Under the pieces are notes generated by a model that had not been told where the DNA came from, made no database searches, and saw only the letters and a list, made by a program, of their open reading frames with translations. A stretch of 64,000 bases of DNA from a virus (Duplodnaviria > Caudoviricetes). Every line of letters begins with the position of its first letter. Position 1 is the first letter of the stretch. Position numbers and translations under genes: made by a program. Positions 29,244-39,126 of the stretch are shown here, piece by piece. The stretch lies in the IMG/VR virus record IMGVR_UViG_3300028591_000084. One strand, 5' to 3'.

Positions 29244-29573
29244 CTAAATCTGCTCTCCTTTAAAGTAAGTGGTAATCAGCACAAATCTGCTGTAGTTCGC
29301 CAACCTACTCTTTCCATTGAATACCCACCATAGGTAGCAAATATTCGCTGCCATTGGCAATGCTGCGATTGCCAGTAGAGTTTGTCCCCACCAACCGAAG
29401 GCGAAGACGCCTACAAACCATGTCAGATTCAGTAGATTACCTACTATTACCAGTGACATCATGGGCCATTTCACTTTCAGTCCATACTGGCGCTTGATCT
29501 TCCAGAAACGGAAAACCAGCTGTCCGATATTAAGAATTAACATCAGGAAACTAGCCATTAATATAGTTCGCAT
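29244..29573 (-). CDS. membrane protein with 3 TM segments
   Basis: Hydrophobic segments, higher GC, downstream of the repeated promoter. Confidence 0.6.
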   Translation of the reverse strand: MRTILMASFLMLILNIGQLVFRFWKIKRQYGLKVKWPMMSLVIVGNLLNLTWFVGVFAFGWWGQTLLAIAALPMAANICYLWWVFNGKSRLANYSRFVLITTYFKGEQI

Positions 29574-29702
29574 AGTATCATCCGCACTAAAAATCCCTCA
29601 TCAGGACCACCCACATGCGGTCAGGTGTTGTGTTGTTGTTTTCTTCCTTAAATAAAAAAAATGTAATAATATAGAAACCTACTTAAGGTAACTTATTATT
29701 AC

Positions 29703-29744
29703 ATATATAAGGCTTTGAGGAGAATTTAGAGGTAGGTTTTGAAA
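29703..29744 (-). repeat. 42-bp promoter-containing repeat, copy 2
   Basis: Exact reverse complement of 11778-11819. Confidence 0.9.
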
Positions 29745-29796
29745 AAAAAAGAAAAATCAGAGCTAAAACTCTGACTCTTCTTTAACCACTTATCTT

Positions 29797-31107
29797 TTAT
29801 AAGACTTCATTCTCATCAAACAACTTGTCTTCTAGGTGTGTGAACAAACCAATTTGATCGTCAATACTAACCTGGTTATCTGTAACAATACACAGCTTTT
29901 CCAGATCTATTATCAACTTATCAGCTAATGTTTCAGGATAGACCGACTCAAGAATATAACTCAGATAGACAAACTTAGTCCATTTATTTCTAAGTTGATT
30001 TCTGGTCAATGAGAGTTTAGATCCTTGATTCTTTGTACTTTCAGAAAACAAGAGGATCGCATTAAGAATATAGATCCAGCTTAATATCTTTCTGAAATTA
30101 TAAGTTGGTCTAAGAAATCTAAACTCTATCGTCTTATTAACCCGATAACACAGGGCATTAATTAAGTTCAGCCAAAAATACCTAGTGTTGATTTGCCATT
30201 TCCTACTTCTTTCTGGATCTTGAGGATGTGGCTGAGTGAAGGATCCTGCAAAGTTTCTTCCTACCAACGCAAAATAGAGATCCCTAAATGTCCCCATTTG
30301 CGGCAATTTCTTACAATAATCCTTACCGCTCTTCTTATACTTGGCGGTATTAAAGGTTAGTGGTGGTAATAGTTTTTGCAGATCATTTTCAATCTTACAA
30401 CAGACCGTATATAGTCGCCATATAGTATCTTCCTCCAGCGGAAAACCTCCCATGTGAATATGCAATGAACACTCTTTATTAAATGTTGTATTTGCTTTTA
30501 GGGAAGTTACCTGCTGTTTTAGTAGATTTAATCCAAAGTTTCCCTGAAGTACGACAGTTGAATATTCTAATCCAGATATTGAACCATCTCTTAATGGAAT
30601 CAAACCATCTTGAATAATGATATTCTCTGGTAAATAACCCGATCCTGTTTCAAATTCTAAACCAAAAGTATATTTTATCAGTTCAGAGTGAGGAAACGCG
30701 ATCTCTTCGCTACGTAGGGTCTGTTTAGATTTGAATATGTCGAAAGATTCAACAGCTTCATATCTCTTCTGAAGAATTTTATAAGGGAACCCGCCTTGTC
30801 CAAACATATACTTAGATCTTAGTTTGAAATCTGGAGGCAATACACCTGAGTCTAGGAAGTAACCACCATTCTTTTGATTATAGATGATTGCTTTCTCGAT
30901 ATTAGGTTTTCCTAAGAGATAATATTCATTTTCAAAATAATTACCTCTTTCCGGACTGTGTTTAGCCACGGGGACCCTTCTTACTCTGGTGATATCTCTG
31001 GTATAACCATATATCAGCTGGTTCTCAACTATATCTACTATAACAAGTCTACTACCGACACTGCCAAAATCAATTAATTTTCCAGTTAGTTCATCAATAA
31101 CTTGCAT
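29797..31107 (-). CDS. putative amidoligase (glutamine-synthetase-like COOH-NH2 ligase)
   Basis: TFGLEFE, DGSI..LEY, CSLHIHMG, RY..LN and TIEFR motifs. Confidence 0.8.
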   Translation of the reverse strand: MQVIDELTGKLIDFGSVGSRLVIVDIVENQLIYGYTRDITRVRRVPVAKHSPERGNYFENEYYLLGKPNIEKAIIYNQKNGGYFLDSGVLPPDFKLRSKYMFGQGGFPYKILQKRYEAVESFDIFKSKQTLRSEEIAFPHSELIKYTFGLEFETGSGYLPENIIIQDGLIPLRDGSISGLEYSTVVLQGNFGLNLLKQQVTSLKANTTFNKECSLHIHMGGFPLEEDTIWRLYTVCCKIENDLQKLLPPLTFNTAKYKKSGKDYCKKLPQMGTFRDLYFALVGRNFAGSFTQPHPQDPERSRKWQINTRYFWLNLINALCYRVNKTIEFRFLRPTYNFRKILSWIYILNAILLFSESTKNQGSKLSLTRNQLRNKWTKFVYLSYILESVYPETLADKLIIDLEKLCIVTDNQVSIDDQIGLFTHLEDKLFDENEVL

Positions 31108-32483
31108 TCTTCATTAATTTTACTAAGTACTACTCCGTCTGGTTTATCAAATACTTCAAACGGCGTGGCATAGTCGCCCTCCGTATTAAGTTGCTTAGTA
31201 ATATTTCCTTTCTCTATATTGGAAACCCACATACTTCCTAATTGCTGATAGGTTCCAGTATAGACCTCATAGGAATCGATATAAGTTGCCTTAAACCAGG
31301 TATTATTCTTCTTGAATAGCTGATCAACGCTGAAAAATCTAACAACGTTTTCATACTTCTCGAAAAACTCTGCAGCCTTCATCTTACACTTAATTTGGAG
31401 ATATTCCAAGAACCTATAATACTTATAAGCTCTAAGAGGCACACCATTATAGAAGGCTATTGGAAAAGTCTTGAAATCAGTCTTCTCATCCTTCTCATAA
31501 ATCCTTCCGAATTTTGAGATTTTATACATTCCGTGCACTGAGTCTCCTTTTGTTCCACGAAAGGAATACGTATTAGTTCCAAAGTCCTCCTTTAAGAACG
31601 ACGGGAGTGCTTCTTCTTTTTTCTTTTGTGGCTGAAACTGGGCTTGATTATTCTGGTACCCTCCCTGGTAACCAGCTCCATAAAATCCACCATAATACCC
31701 AACATACTCACGACCCCACGACTTTGACTGAAAGGAGTTCTTTCTTGGATATTCCTTAAATATTTCCAGTTCTCCTTTATCAATATCAAATTTCACCAAG
31801 GTATTTTCTCTTGGCACTAAAAGTTTTGTCTTCCTTGCTGTCGTTTGAAGCCATTTTGGAATAGAGCTAAAGATTATTCTATTCTTATCACTCACTAACC
31901 ATAAAGGCCTCTCTTCATCTTCAGTATTACTATTTTCAGTCTTCTTTGAAACACCCCTCCATAAAAGAACTAGGGGAGAAGGCTGTCTATAATCAACTAC
32001 CACAAAAGCAGCACCACCGATATACTCACTAAGACAATCATAACCCTTGTAATAGAAGATCCTAGCAAGAACTTGAGAATCGGTTAATCCTTTTATATCA
32101 ATCTCAGGAATATATTTTTTAGCTAGATCTTCGTAATTATGAATCGTGCCGTTATGGATCATCACAAACTTTACTTCTTTCGATCCACCTTTACCAGTTA
32201 TAACAACTGGCTGAGCATTTTCTAGGGTAACTTTTCCTATACTAGCTTTCCTACAATGAACTAAAGCGATTTGTGCCTTAGTCGTTTTTGCTAATAGTTT
32301 TGAGTCTGCAAAGAAATCTTGAAATAATTTCTTTTCATTGACTCCATACTCAACCTCGCCATCGATGAAAATACCACAGCTATCACCACCTCTGGTATCA
32401 TTCGCTATACCTAAAGTTGTAAAAGTCTGGTAATCAAACGAGGCTCTTTTATCAACATTTATGATTCCTCCTATTCCACACAT
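31086..32483 (-). CDS. class II (Ntn) glutamine amidotransferase
   Basis: MCGI N-terminus, RGGDSCG, HCRKAS, HNGTI and DSQ motifs. Confidence 0.88.
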   Translation of the reverse strand: MCGIGGIINVDKRASFDYQTFTTLGIANDTRGGDSCGIFIDGEVEYGVNEKKLFQDFFADSKLLAKTTKAQIALVHCRKASIGKVTLENAQPVVITGKGGSKEVKFVMIHNGTIHNYEDLAKKYIPEIDIKGLTDSQVLARIFYYKGYDCLSEYIGGAAFVVVDYRQPSPLVLLWRGVSKKTENSNTEDEERPLWLVSDKNRIIFSSIPKWLQTTARKTKLLVPRENTLVKFDIDKGELEIFKEYPRKNSFQSKSWGREYVGYYGGFYGAGYQGGYQNNQAQFQPQKKKEEALPSFLKEDFGTNTYSFRGTKGDSVHGMYKISKFGRIYEKDEKTDFKTFPIAFYNGVPLRAYKYYRFLEYLQIKCKMKAAEFFEKYENVVRFFSVDQLFKKNNTWFKATYIDSYEVYTGTYQQLGSMWVSNIEKGNITKQLNTEGDYATPFEVFDKPDGVVLSKINEECKLLMN

Positions 32484-33280
32484 GAATACATCAGATTATA
32501 TTTACGAATAAGTTCCTTTGCCAGATTGGCATCACTACCATTAATACAGGTAATAACCTCATCACTCGATGGTAAAGGCTTAAAGTTATTCAGGGCATTA
32601 ATTGACCTCTTAATACCATTCCAAACTGCCTCAAGAGTTGACACGTCCTTCATCATGGCACTGGACAAAATTCTCCACTCACAGCCATAATCTGTTAATC
32701 TGAAAGATCCTGCCTTTCCATACAAACTTCTTCTTCGCGTATCAGGATCCATAATAACAGAAGGAATACCAAGATAAGCATCCAGGTAACGAATCAACAT
32801 TGTCGATGTTTCAATATTATAGTCATCATAACCTACATGAATATGAAATCCAGCGCTTCTAAGGTTAGTTGAATTCCCTTTAGGTCTGGGATTTTCTGAC
32901 TCTGTGTAGACATTATAATCAGGATCACAACCAAACATTCTGGCTTCCTTAGATTTTAATTGATCCGTTGGAACCATTTGACTAGCAGAACACAATATCC
33001 CAAGGTCAGGGTTAATATTCTTCACAAACTTATTAATATAACCTTTCATATACTGGATATTGTTAACAAATCCCTCCTTTGTTGTGACGGGTGGGATATT
33101 AAACTCAGCTAAAATATTGTCAATCTCAATCCCAAATCCCTCCGGCATATCATCAGATCTCCAGGGATTACCTTTTTCTCCTGGAATAATACCAATCGAT
33201 GATACTACCGTTCCTGTCTTTTCATTGACGATGAAAAGCTCAGGATCTGCTCCAATAGTTACGTTTGTTGCTAGAATCAT
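32471..33280 (-). CDS. phiEco32-like COOH-NH2 ligase type 2
   Basis: IGADPELF, DNILAEFNIPP, FGCDPD, RSAGFHIHVG, RRSLYGKAG and GCEWR motifs. Confidence 0.88.
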   Translation of the reverse strand: MILATNVTIGADPELFIVNEKTGTVVSSIGIIPGEKGNPWRSDDMPEGFGIEIDNILAEFNIPPVTTKEGFVNNIQYMKGYINKFVKNINPDLGILCSASQMVPTDQLKSKEARMFGCDPDYNVYTESENPRPKGNSTNLRSAGFHIHVGYDDYNIETSTMLIRYLDAYLGIPSVIMDPDTRRRSLYGKAGSFRLTDYGCEWRILSSAMMKDVSTLEAVWNGIKRSINALNNFKPLPSSDEVITCINGSDANLAKELIRKYNLMYSCVE

Positions 33281-33894
33281 AAATTATTTTTAATTAAATC
33301 ATTAATCATTTTTGCTACTGGACTGTCCGGAATCATTTCTGGATGGCCCTGAACTGCTAAACACTTAGGTTTATCCTTCAAGTGATATAATACAATTTCA
33401 GGTTCTCCAAATCTTTCAACAACTTCAGGAACAATCTTATCTCCCTCTAGTTGTCCATAGCTCAGATTCTCAGCCCAGTATAAGATATCATAGTTTTCCT
33501 TGGGTAAGTCGAAAGGGTACTGCATCTGATGGTGAGTGCTCGTTATCTGATATATAAAGTTTCCGTTTGTTATCGCATGGGTTGATCCTATTGCGTGATT
33601 TCTGCAATTTTGAATTAACTTACCTCCATTCATAACACAAAGAAACTGAGATCCTCTACAGATACCTAAAACCAATTGATCAGGACGAATAGAATCAAAA
33701 ACCTTCTTCTCTTCCTTGTCTCTTCTCTCATTGTTATAGGTAGTCGCATGTTTTTTACATCCATACAATCTCGGTGTAACATCTTCGCCACCAGTGAAAA
33801 TTACTAATTCTGCATCTTCAATCTTATCTACCAACTCGACATTCTCAATAAATCGTGCATAATTTACACTGTTTCCGACCACATAAGTCTTCAT
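33277..33894 (-). CDS. class I glutamine amidotransferase / gamma-glutamyl hydrolase (peptidase C26-like), copy 1
   Basis: FTGGEDV, GICRG, HHQ and QGHPE triad. Confidence 0.85.
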   Translation of the reverse strand: MKTYVVGNSVNYARFIENVELVDKIEDAELVIFTGGEDVTPRLYGCKKHATTYNNERRDKEEKKVFDSIRPDQLVLGICRGSQFLCVMNGGKLIQNCRNHAIGSTHAITNGNFIYQITSTHHQMQYPFDLPKENYDILYWAENLSYGQLEGDKIVPEVVERFGEPEIVLYHLKDKPKCLAVQGHPEMIPDSPVAKMINDLIKNNL

Positions 33895-34727
33895 CCTATT
33901 TTTATCTTATTATCTATTAGAAAATTATAATATTTTAAATACTTGACTTCACGGACTTTATAATCCTCGTCAGTAATAAAGCATTCAGGGCTTTTTAGAT
34001 TTATAACACATTCATCAGCAACCGCAAAGCTTGGCCTCTTGACTCTATCAAGATTATAGTACAAACCATTACAACATTTGCACTTCTCTAACTTTTTTCG
34101 AATCTCCTTTCTCCCAATAGGTATATTGCCCCTGCCATATTCTGATAGACTATGACCTCCATTCCAGTGACAATTCAAGGAAAAACCAAAGTAACATCCA
34201 GCATCGGAACAGATTACAATTGCTGCTTCTGGAGAGATCAAATTCTGGAGAGTAGCCCTGAATCTAATAGCATCCTTAAGAAATCCTGCGAAAGGATACT
34301 CATAAGCATATCTAACCCAGGTCAGGATATATTTATGTATTATAGGTTTAGGACTATTTATAATAAGATCTATGACAAAACAGGGATATTTCTTCTTTAA
34401 TTCTGGAAGCTTTTGTTCATTCTCTTCCTTGATAGAGAACTTCATAATACCAGGACCAACCACAAATTGAGCTGACCTTATATGATTAAGGAGTTGTCTT
34501 TTAGTCAGTAGGGTATAATTATTCCAACTATGCTTTGTAATTGGCTCTGGATCCCTGACCATAATAATATGATAATGAGTCTTCTTAATATCTTTGGAAT
34601 GACCATCTAAATAACGAAAATCGTTGGAAAAGCAAGCATGGGTTCCCATTGAAGTAATGTAGTTGCCATCCTTGCCATCTTCGTTAACTATCGCAGAATA
34701 ATAAAGGGTTCTATAGTTTAGATACAT
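33891..34727 (-). CDS. hypothetical protein, paralog of 35340..36188
   Basis: KYILTWVRYAYEYPF versus KFILTSIRYLYEAPY. Confidence 0.6.
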   Translation of the reverse strand: MYLNYRTLYYSAIVNEDGKDGNYITSMGTHACFSNDFRYLDGHSKDIKKTHYHIIMVRDPEPITKHSWNNYTLLTKRQLLNHIRSAQFVVGPGIMKFSIKEENEQKLPELKKKYPCFVIDLIINSPKPIIHKYILTWVRYAYEYPFAGFLKDAIRFRATLQNLISPEAAIVICSDAGCYFGFSLNCHWNGGHSLSEYGRGNIPIGRKEIRKKLEKCKCCNGLYYNLDRVKRPSFAVADECVINLKSPECFITDEDYKVREVKYLKYYNFLIDNKIKIG

Positions 34728-35343
34728 AATTTCTTATAGTTTGATTAACCCATGAACAAAATTTAGATCCTAACATCATTTCTGGATGTCCTTGAATTCC
34801 AAAACAAGTAGGAAGTCCAGGTCTATGATAAACTACTACTTCTGGCTCTCCATAAATCTGAAATTTCTCAGGATCTACACCATCACCTTCATAGAAAGTA
34901 CTTTGATTACCCTTTGACTTAAACAGGATTTCATAGTCTGTCTCAGGTAAGTCGAAAGGATACTGCATCTGATGGTGGAGAGACGTAACTGAAAACTCCT
35001 GCTTTCCATCAAGACTAGTGATCATGTGTCTATAGCCGGTCCAATGATTATCACAATCCTGAACAAGAATCCCACCGTATAAAGCACAGAATAACTGGGC
35101 CCCACGACAAATTCCAACAGCTAATTGATTAGGCTTCATTTGTTTAAAAGCCTGTATCTCCACTTTATCTCTAAACCGATTAAAATATGTCGTTGGGTGT
35201 ACTTTCTTGTTATAAATCTTAGGATTAATATCTTCACCTCCAGCAAAGAGGACAATATCTGCTTCTTCTATATTATCAACCAGATTTCGTTCCTCTAAGA
35301 AGGCTGTATAACTATAGTAATTTCCTACTAAATATGTCTTCAT
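34711..35343 (-). CDS. class I glutamine amidotransferase / gamma-glutamyl hydrolase, copy 2
   Basis: FAGGEDI, GICRG, HHQMQYPFDLP and QGHPE. Confidence 0.85.
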   Translation of the reverse strand: MKTYLVGNYYSYTAFLEERNLVDNIEEADIVLFAGGEDINPKIYNKKVHPTTYFNRFRDKVEIQAFKQMKPNQLAVGICRGAQLFCALYGGILVQDCDNHWTGYRHMITSLDGKQEFSVTSLHHQMQYPFDLPETDYEILFKSKGNQSTFYEGDGVDPEKFQIYGEPEVVVYHRPGLPTCFGIQGHPEMMLGSKFCSWVNQTIRNYVSKL

Positions 35344-36188
35344 ACTTTTAAAACTTCATAACAAACTTTATATAATTCAGTAAAGAATTGCTGAACCTTA
35401 GTATCAAACCAAAATTCCTCTGAATATATTTTACTCTCCCTATCGCTAATCACACCATAGTTAGGGTCGACTTCCTTCATCTTATCGTATAGAGCTGAAT
35501 CAATCTTACGCCTTTTTTCATAAGGTACGCTCAGATAAGCACTGGAGATTTTATCCTTAGTTGTAAGTCTCTCTTTTATATCCTCTATTGAAGTGAGTTG
35601 CTTATAGGGAATCATAAGACACTGATCATATCTATATCGCAACCTAATAGCTTCAGATCCCGCAGTGGTCGAGACAAGATTGATTAAGTTCATCAAATGC
35701 TCATCAGGAAATACGGATTTAATTCTAAGAGCTTCCAACAGAATAAAGCTGTATGGTGCTTCATAGAGATATCTGATACTAGTGAGAATAAACTTCAACT
35801 CACACTTTCTTAGGTTTCCTTTAATTGTTATAGCATACCAGAACAAATCTGAACCCTTTGGCACTCTTTCAATGCATTTAAGAGATCTCAAGAAGACTTT
35901 CTTTATTGAATAGCGGAAGTCTACATATGTTCTAATCTCATCCAAATATTTCTTAGTTGAGGGTAGGTTGAGATAGGAATAGTTTTTTGCTTTCCGTTCA
36001 AACTCTGCATTAGGATTATCATAAAGATGTCTAGGACGAACATAAACGGTCCATTTAATCCTATGCTTTTCCCTAGCCTTATTGAACATACTTAACCCAC
36101 GATAAAAACACGGCCCAGAATGAAGGCCTAAACGAACATGCTTACTACAGCGAAAAACACTTAATGTTGATAAATAATTTGTATTCAT
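35340..36188 (-). CDS. hypothetical protein, paralog of 33891..34727
   Basis: Shared CF, NY(S/T)xL and ILTxxRYxYExP motifs. Confidence 0.6.
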   Translation of the reverse strand: MNTNYLSTLSVFRCSKHVRLGLHSGPCFYRGLSMFNKAREKHRIKWTVYVRPRHLYDNPNAEFERKAKNYSYLNLPSTKKYLDEIRTYVDFRYSIKKVFLRSLKCIERVPKGSDLFWYAITIKGNLRKCELKFILTSIRYLYEAPYSFILLEALRIKSVFPDEHLMNLINLVSTTAGSEAIRLRYRYDQCLMIPYKQLTSIEDIKERLTTKDKISSAYLSVPYEKRRKIDSALYDKMKEVDPNYGVISDRESKIYSEEFWFDTKVQQFFTELYKVCYEVLKV

Positions 36189-36268
36189 AACACTAAAAAA
36201 AGAAGATGGAGTATTTCCACAGTTGAATACTCCACCAAGCTGAAATTAACTTCGACTAAAATCTGTTA

Positions 36269-37336
36269 TCACTCAGCTGCCTGTTCAGGCTCTGACTTAG
36301 GCGCTGCTGCCTGCACGGGCTGGCCAAAGATGTTGCCACCAAAACCGCCCAGACCGATAGATGACATGAGCAGAAGATCCTTCATATCGAAACCGTCACC
36401 TCCCTTGTCGCTGAGCAGGGCGAGCATCATAGGATTCATACCTACGGCACCACCAGCCTGGTTCATCAACATAAGGGGAAGCAGGTTACTGCTCTTCTTG
36501 TCATCAGCCATTGCCATGAGCAGAAGCGGATTGATATTCTGACCGCCACCAAACATGTTCTCAAGGTTTCCAGCCAGGCTAACCACGACACGGACCATCG
36601 TCTGGTTGAACAGGAAGTCCTTAATCGTGTGAATAGTCTTGCCAGCGCCGGTATAACCAATGGCAGTAATCTTCTGGCCATCGATCTTCGTCACCTTGGC
36701 ATAACCACGGCCTGTTGCGATGACATCACCAGCTGTCAATTGAGTAGCAGGCTTAGACATCACAAAGACGGGCAGCCCAGAGATAGTCATCTCCTCCGGA
36801 TAGGAAATCAGCTCGTTGTTCTTGTCGATCGTCACATAACCACTGTCGGTGGCCACGCACAGTTCGCCATTCAAGCTAATACGTACATCACTTACCTCTT
36901 TCGGGGTATACATTTCGCGGAGACGCTCTCCAAAGCCTTTGATTGAATTCTTCATGTTTGTTGCTTTTACGTTGTTATTTGTTTCTGTGATAAGTGGTTT
37001 AGCGCTTTTGCACCAGGTCTCAAATCTTACGATCTGACTAACGCCGGTAATGTTGACATTCTTGGCGCCATACTCTCTCTTGATCTTCTCAAGATAAGTA
37101 CGATCCTCGAACGAGAGATTCTCAAGCTCCTCAGTGAATGCACGAAGGATGTATGCGCTATTACCCTTCTTTGTAATCACCAAGTCACCTGCCTTGACAT
37201 CTGCGAGAGATTGAGACAAGGCTACACTTGCAATGTAGAACTTTGGCTCTGTCTTTGCAAACTCAATCACATCCGCCATGTTTCGCGGAGACGTCCTCAA
37301 ATTAGAGGTGTAGACAATAATCTTGTTGTTCTTCAT
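36269..37336 (-). CDS. hypothetical protein with Met/Gly-rich repeated C-terminus
   Basis: 355 aa, GC-richer than its neighbours; NPLLLMAM, LPLMLM and NPMMLALL repeats. Confidence 0.7.
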   Translation of the reverse strand: MKNNKIIVYTSNLRTSPRNMADVIEFAKTEPKFYIASVALSQSLADVKAGDLVITKKGNSAYILRAFTEELENLSFEDRTYLEKIKREYGAKNVNITGVSQIVRFETWCKSAKPLITETNNNVKATNMKNSIKGFGERLREMYTPKEVSDVRISLNGELCVATDSGYVTIDKNNELISYPEEMTISGLPVFVMSKPATQLTAGDVIATGRGYAKVTKIDGQKITAIGYTGAGKTIHTIKDFLFNQTMVRVVVSLAGNLENMFGGGQNINPLLLMAMADDKKSSNLLPLMLMNQAGGAVGMNPMMLALLSDKGGDGFDMKDLLLMSSIGLGGFGGNIFGQPVQAAAPKSEPEQAAE

Positions 37337-37384
37337 AATTAAAACTAGTTTTGATTAAACGCTGCTCTGTGGACAGCAACTTTG

Positions 37385-37437
37385 AACCTGTATCCGGATT
37401 CGAACCGAATAAACCCAAAAACTCTTGTCTTACAGGT
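37385..37437 (-). other. tRNA-like mini-structure (acceptor stem plus T-arm, no D or anticodon arm)
   Basis: ACCTGTA-21nt-TTCGG TTCGAAT CCGGA-TACAGGT. Confidence 0.65.
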
Positions 37438-37517
37438 GACTCTTGGAGAAACTAACTTATTATTGCAAACTGTCATCAATAAGCAATCAATAATTTTCTT
37501 TATTTTGTTTCTCATCA

Positions 37518-37538
37518 CAATAGTAAAGAGTTGAGGGG
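37518..37538 (-). promoter_or_regulatory. phage promoter motif
   Basis: Reverse complement cccctcaactctttactattg. Confidence 0.65.
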
Positions 37539-37607
37539 ATTTGAATTCCAGGCAATTTTTAGGAATAAGTTAATACAGAGTCCAGTTAAAAAAGAAACTG
37601 CCCAGAA

Positions 37608-37976
37608 TTACTGAGCAGCCTCTTCATATAACAATCTAAATTGAATAGGAGTTAATGAAAATATTCCTCCTATCTTTCGACTAATATCTTTACAAATCAC
37701 ATCAGACCTACTTTTTGTTGTGACTAATTTTGAATTCCCTGAACTAGTTAATAATTCATATCCACCTTGATTATTATCCCTGGTCTGAAGGTAGACTCTA
37801 TTTGTATTTGCATCAATAGCTGCTATTTTGGCCAAATCGGATAACCACTCTGGTACTGGTTGACCTAATTTCCAGGTTATTATTTTGGCAGGATACTTCT
37901 CATTCCACCCCCTCTGAACGTAATAGCCGCTATAGTCCTTTCTTCTTCTCTTTATCAATTTTTTTAAAATACTCAT
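37608..37976 (-). CDS. hypothetical protein
   Basis: ORF of about 122 aa. Confidence 0.55.
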   Translation of the reverse strand: MSILKKLIKRRRKDYSGYYVQRGWNEKYPAKIITWKLGQPVPEWLSDLAKIAAIDANTNRVYLQTRDNNQGGYELLTSSGNSKLVTTKSRSDVICKDISRKIGGIFSLTPIQFRLLYEEAAQ

Positions 37977-38658
37977 CAAGACCAAAATTTAGGTTATCTA
38001 AGCCTAATTTCTTAATATAGGATCCTAAGAGATAAGTTAAATCGCCCTCTGAAAAAGTTTTGATGTAATCCTGAATCTCCTTGTCTTCCGGATCTTCTCC
38101 CAACATAGCATTAATAACAGGCTTCTTCAAATAGATTATTGGAGAAGTTGTTTTATGTGTTGACCAGACTCTATCATTAATCAACTTATCCTTTCCTATC
38201 CAAGCCTTCTTAGCTTCATAAATTTCAGCCAGTTCAACGTTATTAAGACGACGAATTTCGGTTATAGGAAGATTACTACCGCCAAGAGCTATATCTTCTG
38301 GGATTCTGTTAATAAGATCAGAGTAATTATTCTCAGATAAATAGTTCGTATCAGTTATAATAAACTCTGAATGTTTATTAAATACTTCCCTGCAATAAGA
38401 TAAAAGAATAAAGAAAGGAACCCCAAGTGGCTCATCAGTATTATTGATAAAACCACAAGCACCATAAAGATTTGAAAATTTATTTGGAAAGATATTATAC
38501 TTCTCCTTAAAAATAAATAGAAGATCACTAATCTTAGCCAAAGCATCTAAATTTTCATGAACTGCCTCATTAACAGGAAATTCATCTCTATTAACAAGAA
38601 CGATTGAAACAATACCATGTGTTGGTTGTTTCAATACAAAAACTGAATTCTTATCCAT
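37930..38658 (-). CDS. hypothetical protein
   Basis: 242-aa ORF. Confidence 0.6.
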   Translation of the reverse strand: MDKNSVFVLKQPTHGIVSIVLVNRDEFPVNEAVHENLDALAKISDLLFIFKEKYNIFPNKFSNLYGACGFINNTDEPLGVPFFILLSYCREVFNKHSEFIITDTNYLSENNYSDLINRIPEDIALGGSNLPITEIRRLNNVELAEIYEAKKAWIGKDKLINDRVWSTHKTTSPIIYLKKPVINAMLGEDPEDKEIQDYIKTFSEGDLTYLLGSYIKKLGLDNLNFGLDEYFKKIDKEKKKGL

Positions 38659-38669
38659 ATACGTTAATT

Positions 38670-39059
38670 TTATAATAAATTTTTCATTACACGTTTTTCA
38701 TAGTCATATAAAGATTTTTGTCTTCTTTCTAACTCCTGGATGAGTAAAAGATTCCAAATATCTCTAGCCTCTTCTTCTGTTTTTACAACAAAAGACTTAC
38801 CATCCCAGACTGATGACTCTAAATATTCTACTCTTGTTTGAAATATTAGCTGACCAGTTTTTTCAAAGTATTCAGCATCATAAAACTCAGTAAATTCATC
38901 TTTACCACTAGGGGTAACATAACGATTACAAAGAACTCTAATTGGTCTTTGCCCAAAATTAGGTTGATCAAACCTTACCCAGATATGATAATAATAGTTA
39001 CCGGGCTCATAAGTTTTTAAATTAAACTTTCTAAGTTCTTTTATTTGTTCTTTAGTCAT
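38670..39059 (-). CDS. hypothetical protein
   Basis: 129-aa ORF; divergent promoter cores at 39063-39110. Confidence 0.6.
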   Translation of the reverse strand: MTKEQIKELRKFNLKTYEPGNYYYHIWVRFDQPNFGQRPIRVLCNRYVTPSGKDEFTEFYDAEYFEKTGQLIFQTRVEYLESSVWDGKSFVVKTEEEARDIWNLLLIQELERRQKSLYDYEKRVMKNLL

Positions 39060-39126
39060 CTCAAAAATAAGGTTTTGACTCCTTTAAACCACCAAAATCC
39101 TTAATAATGACGTAAAACGAATTATT

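Noticed and set aside
29570-29625. Hammerhead ribozyme (CTGATGAG on the minus strand)
   Set aside because: No stem II followed by GAAA; more likely a decayed N-terminal coding extension of the membrane gene
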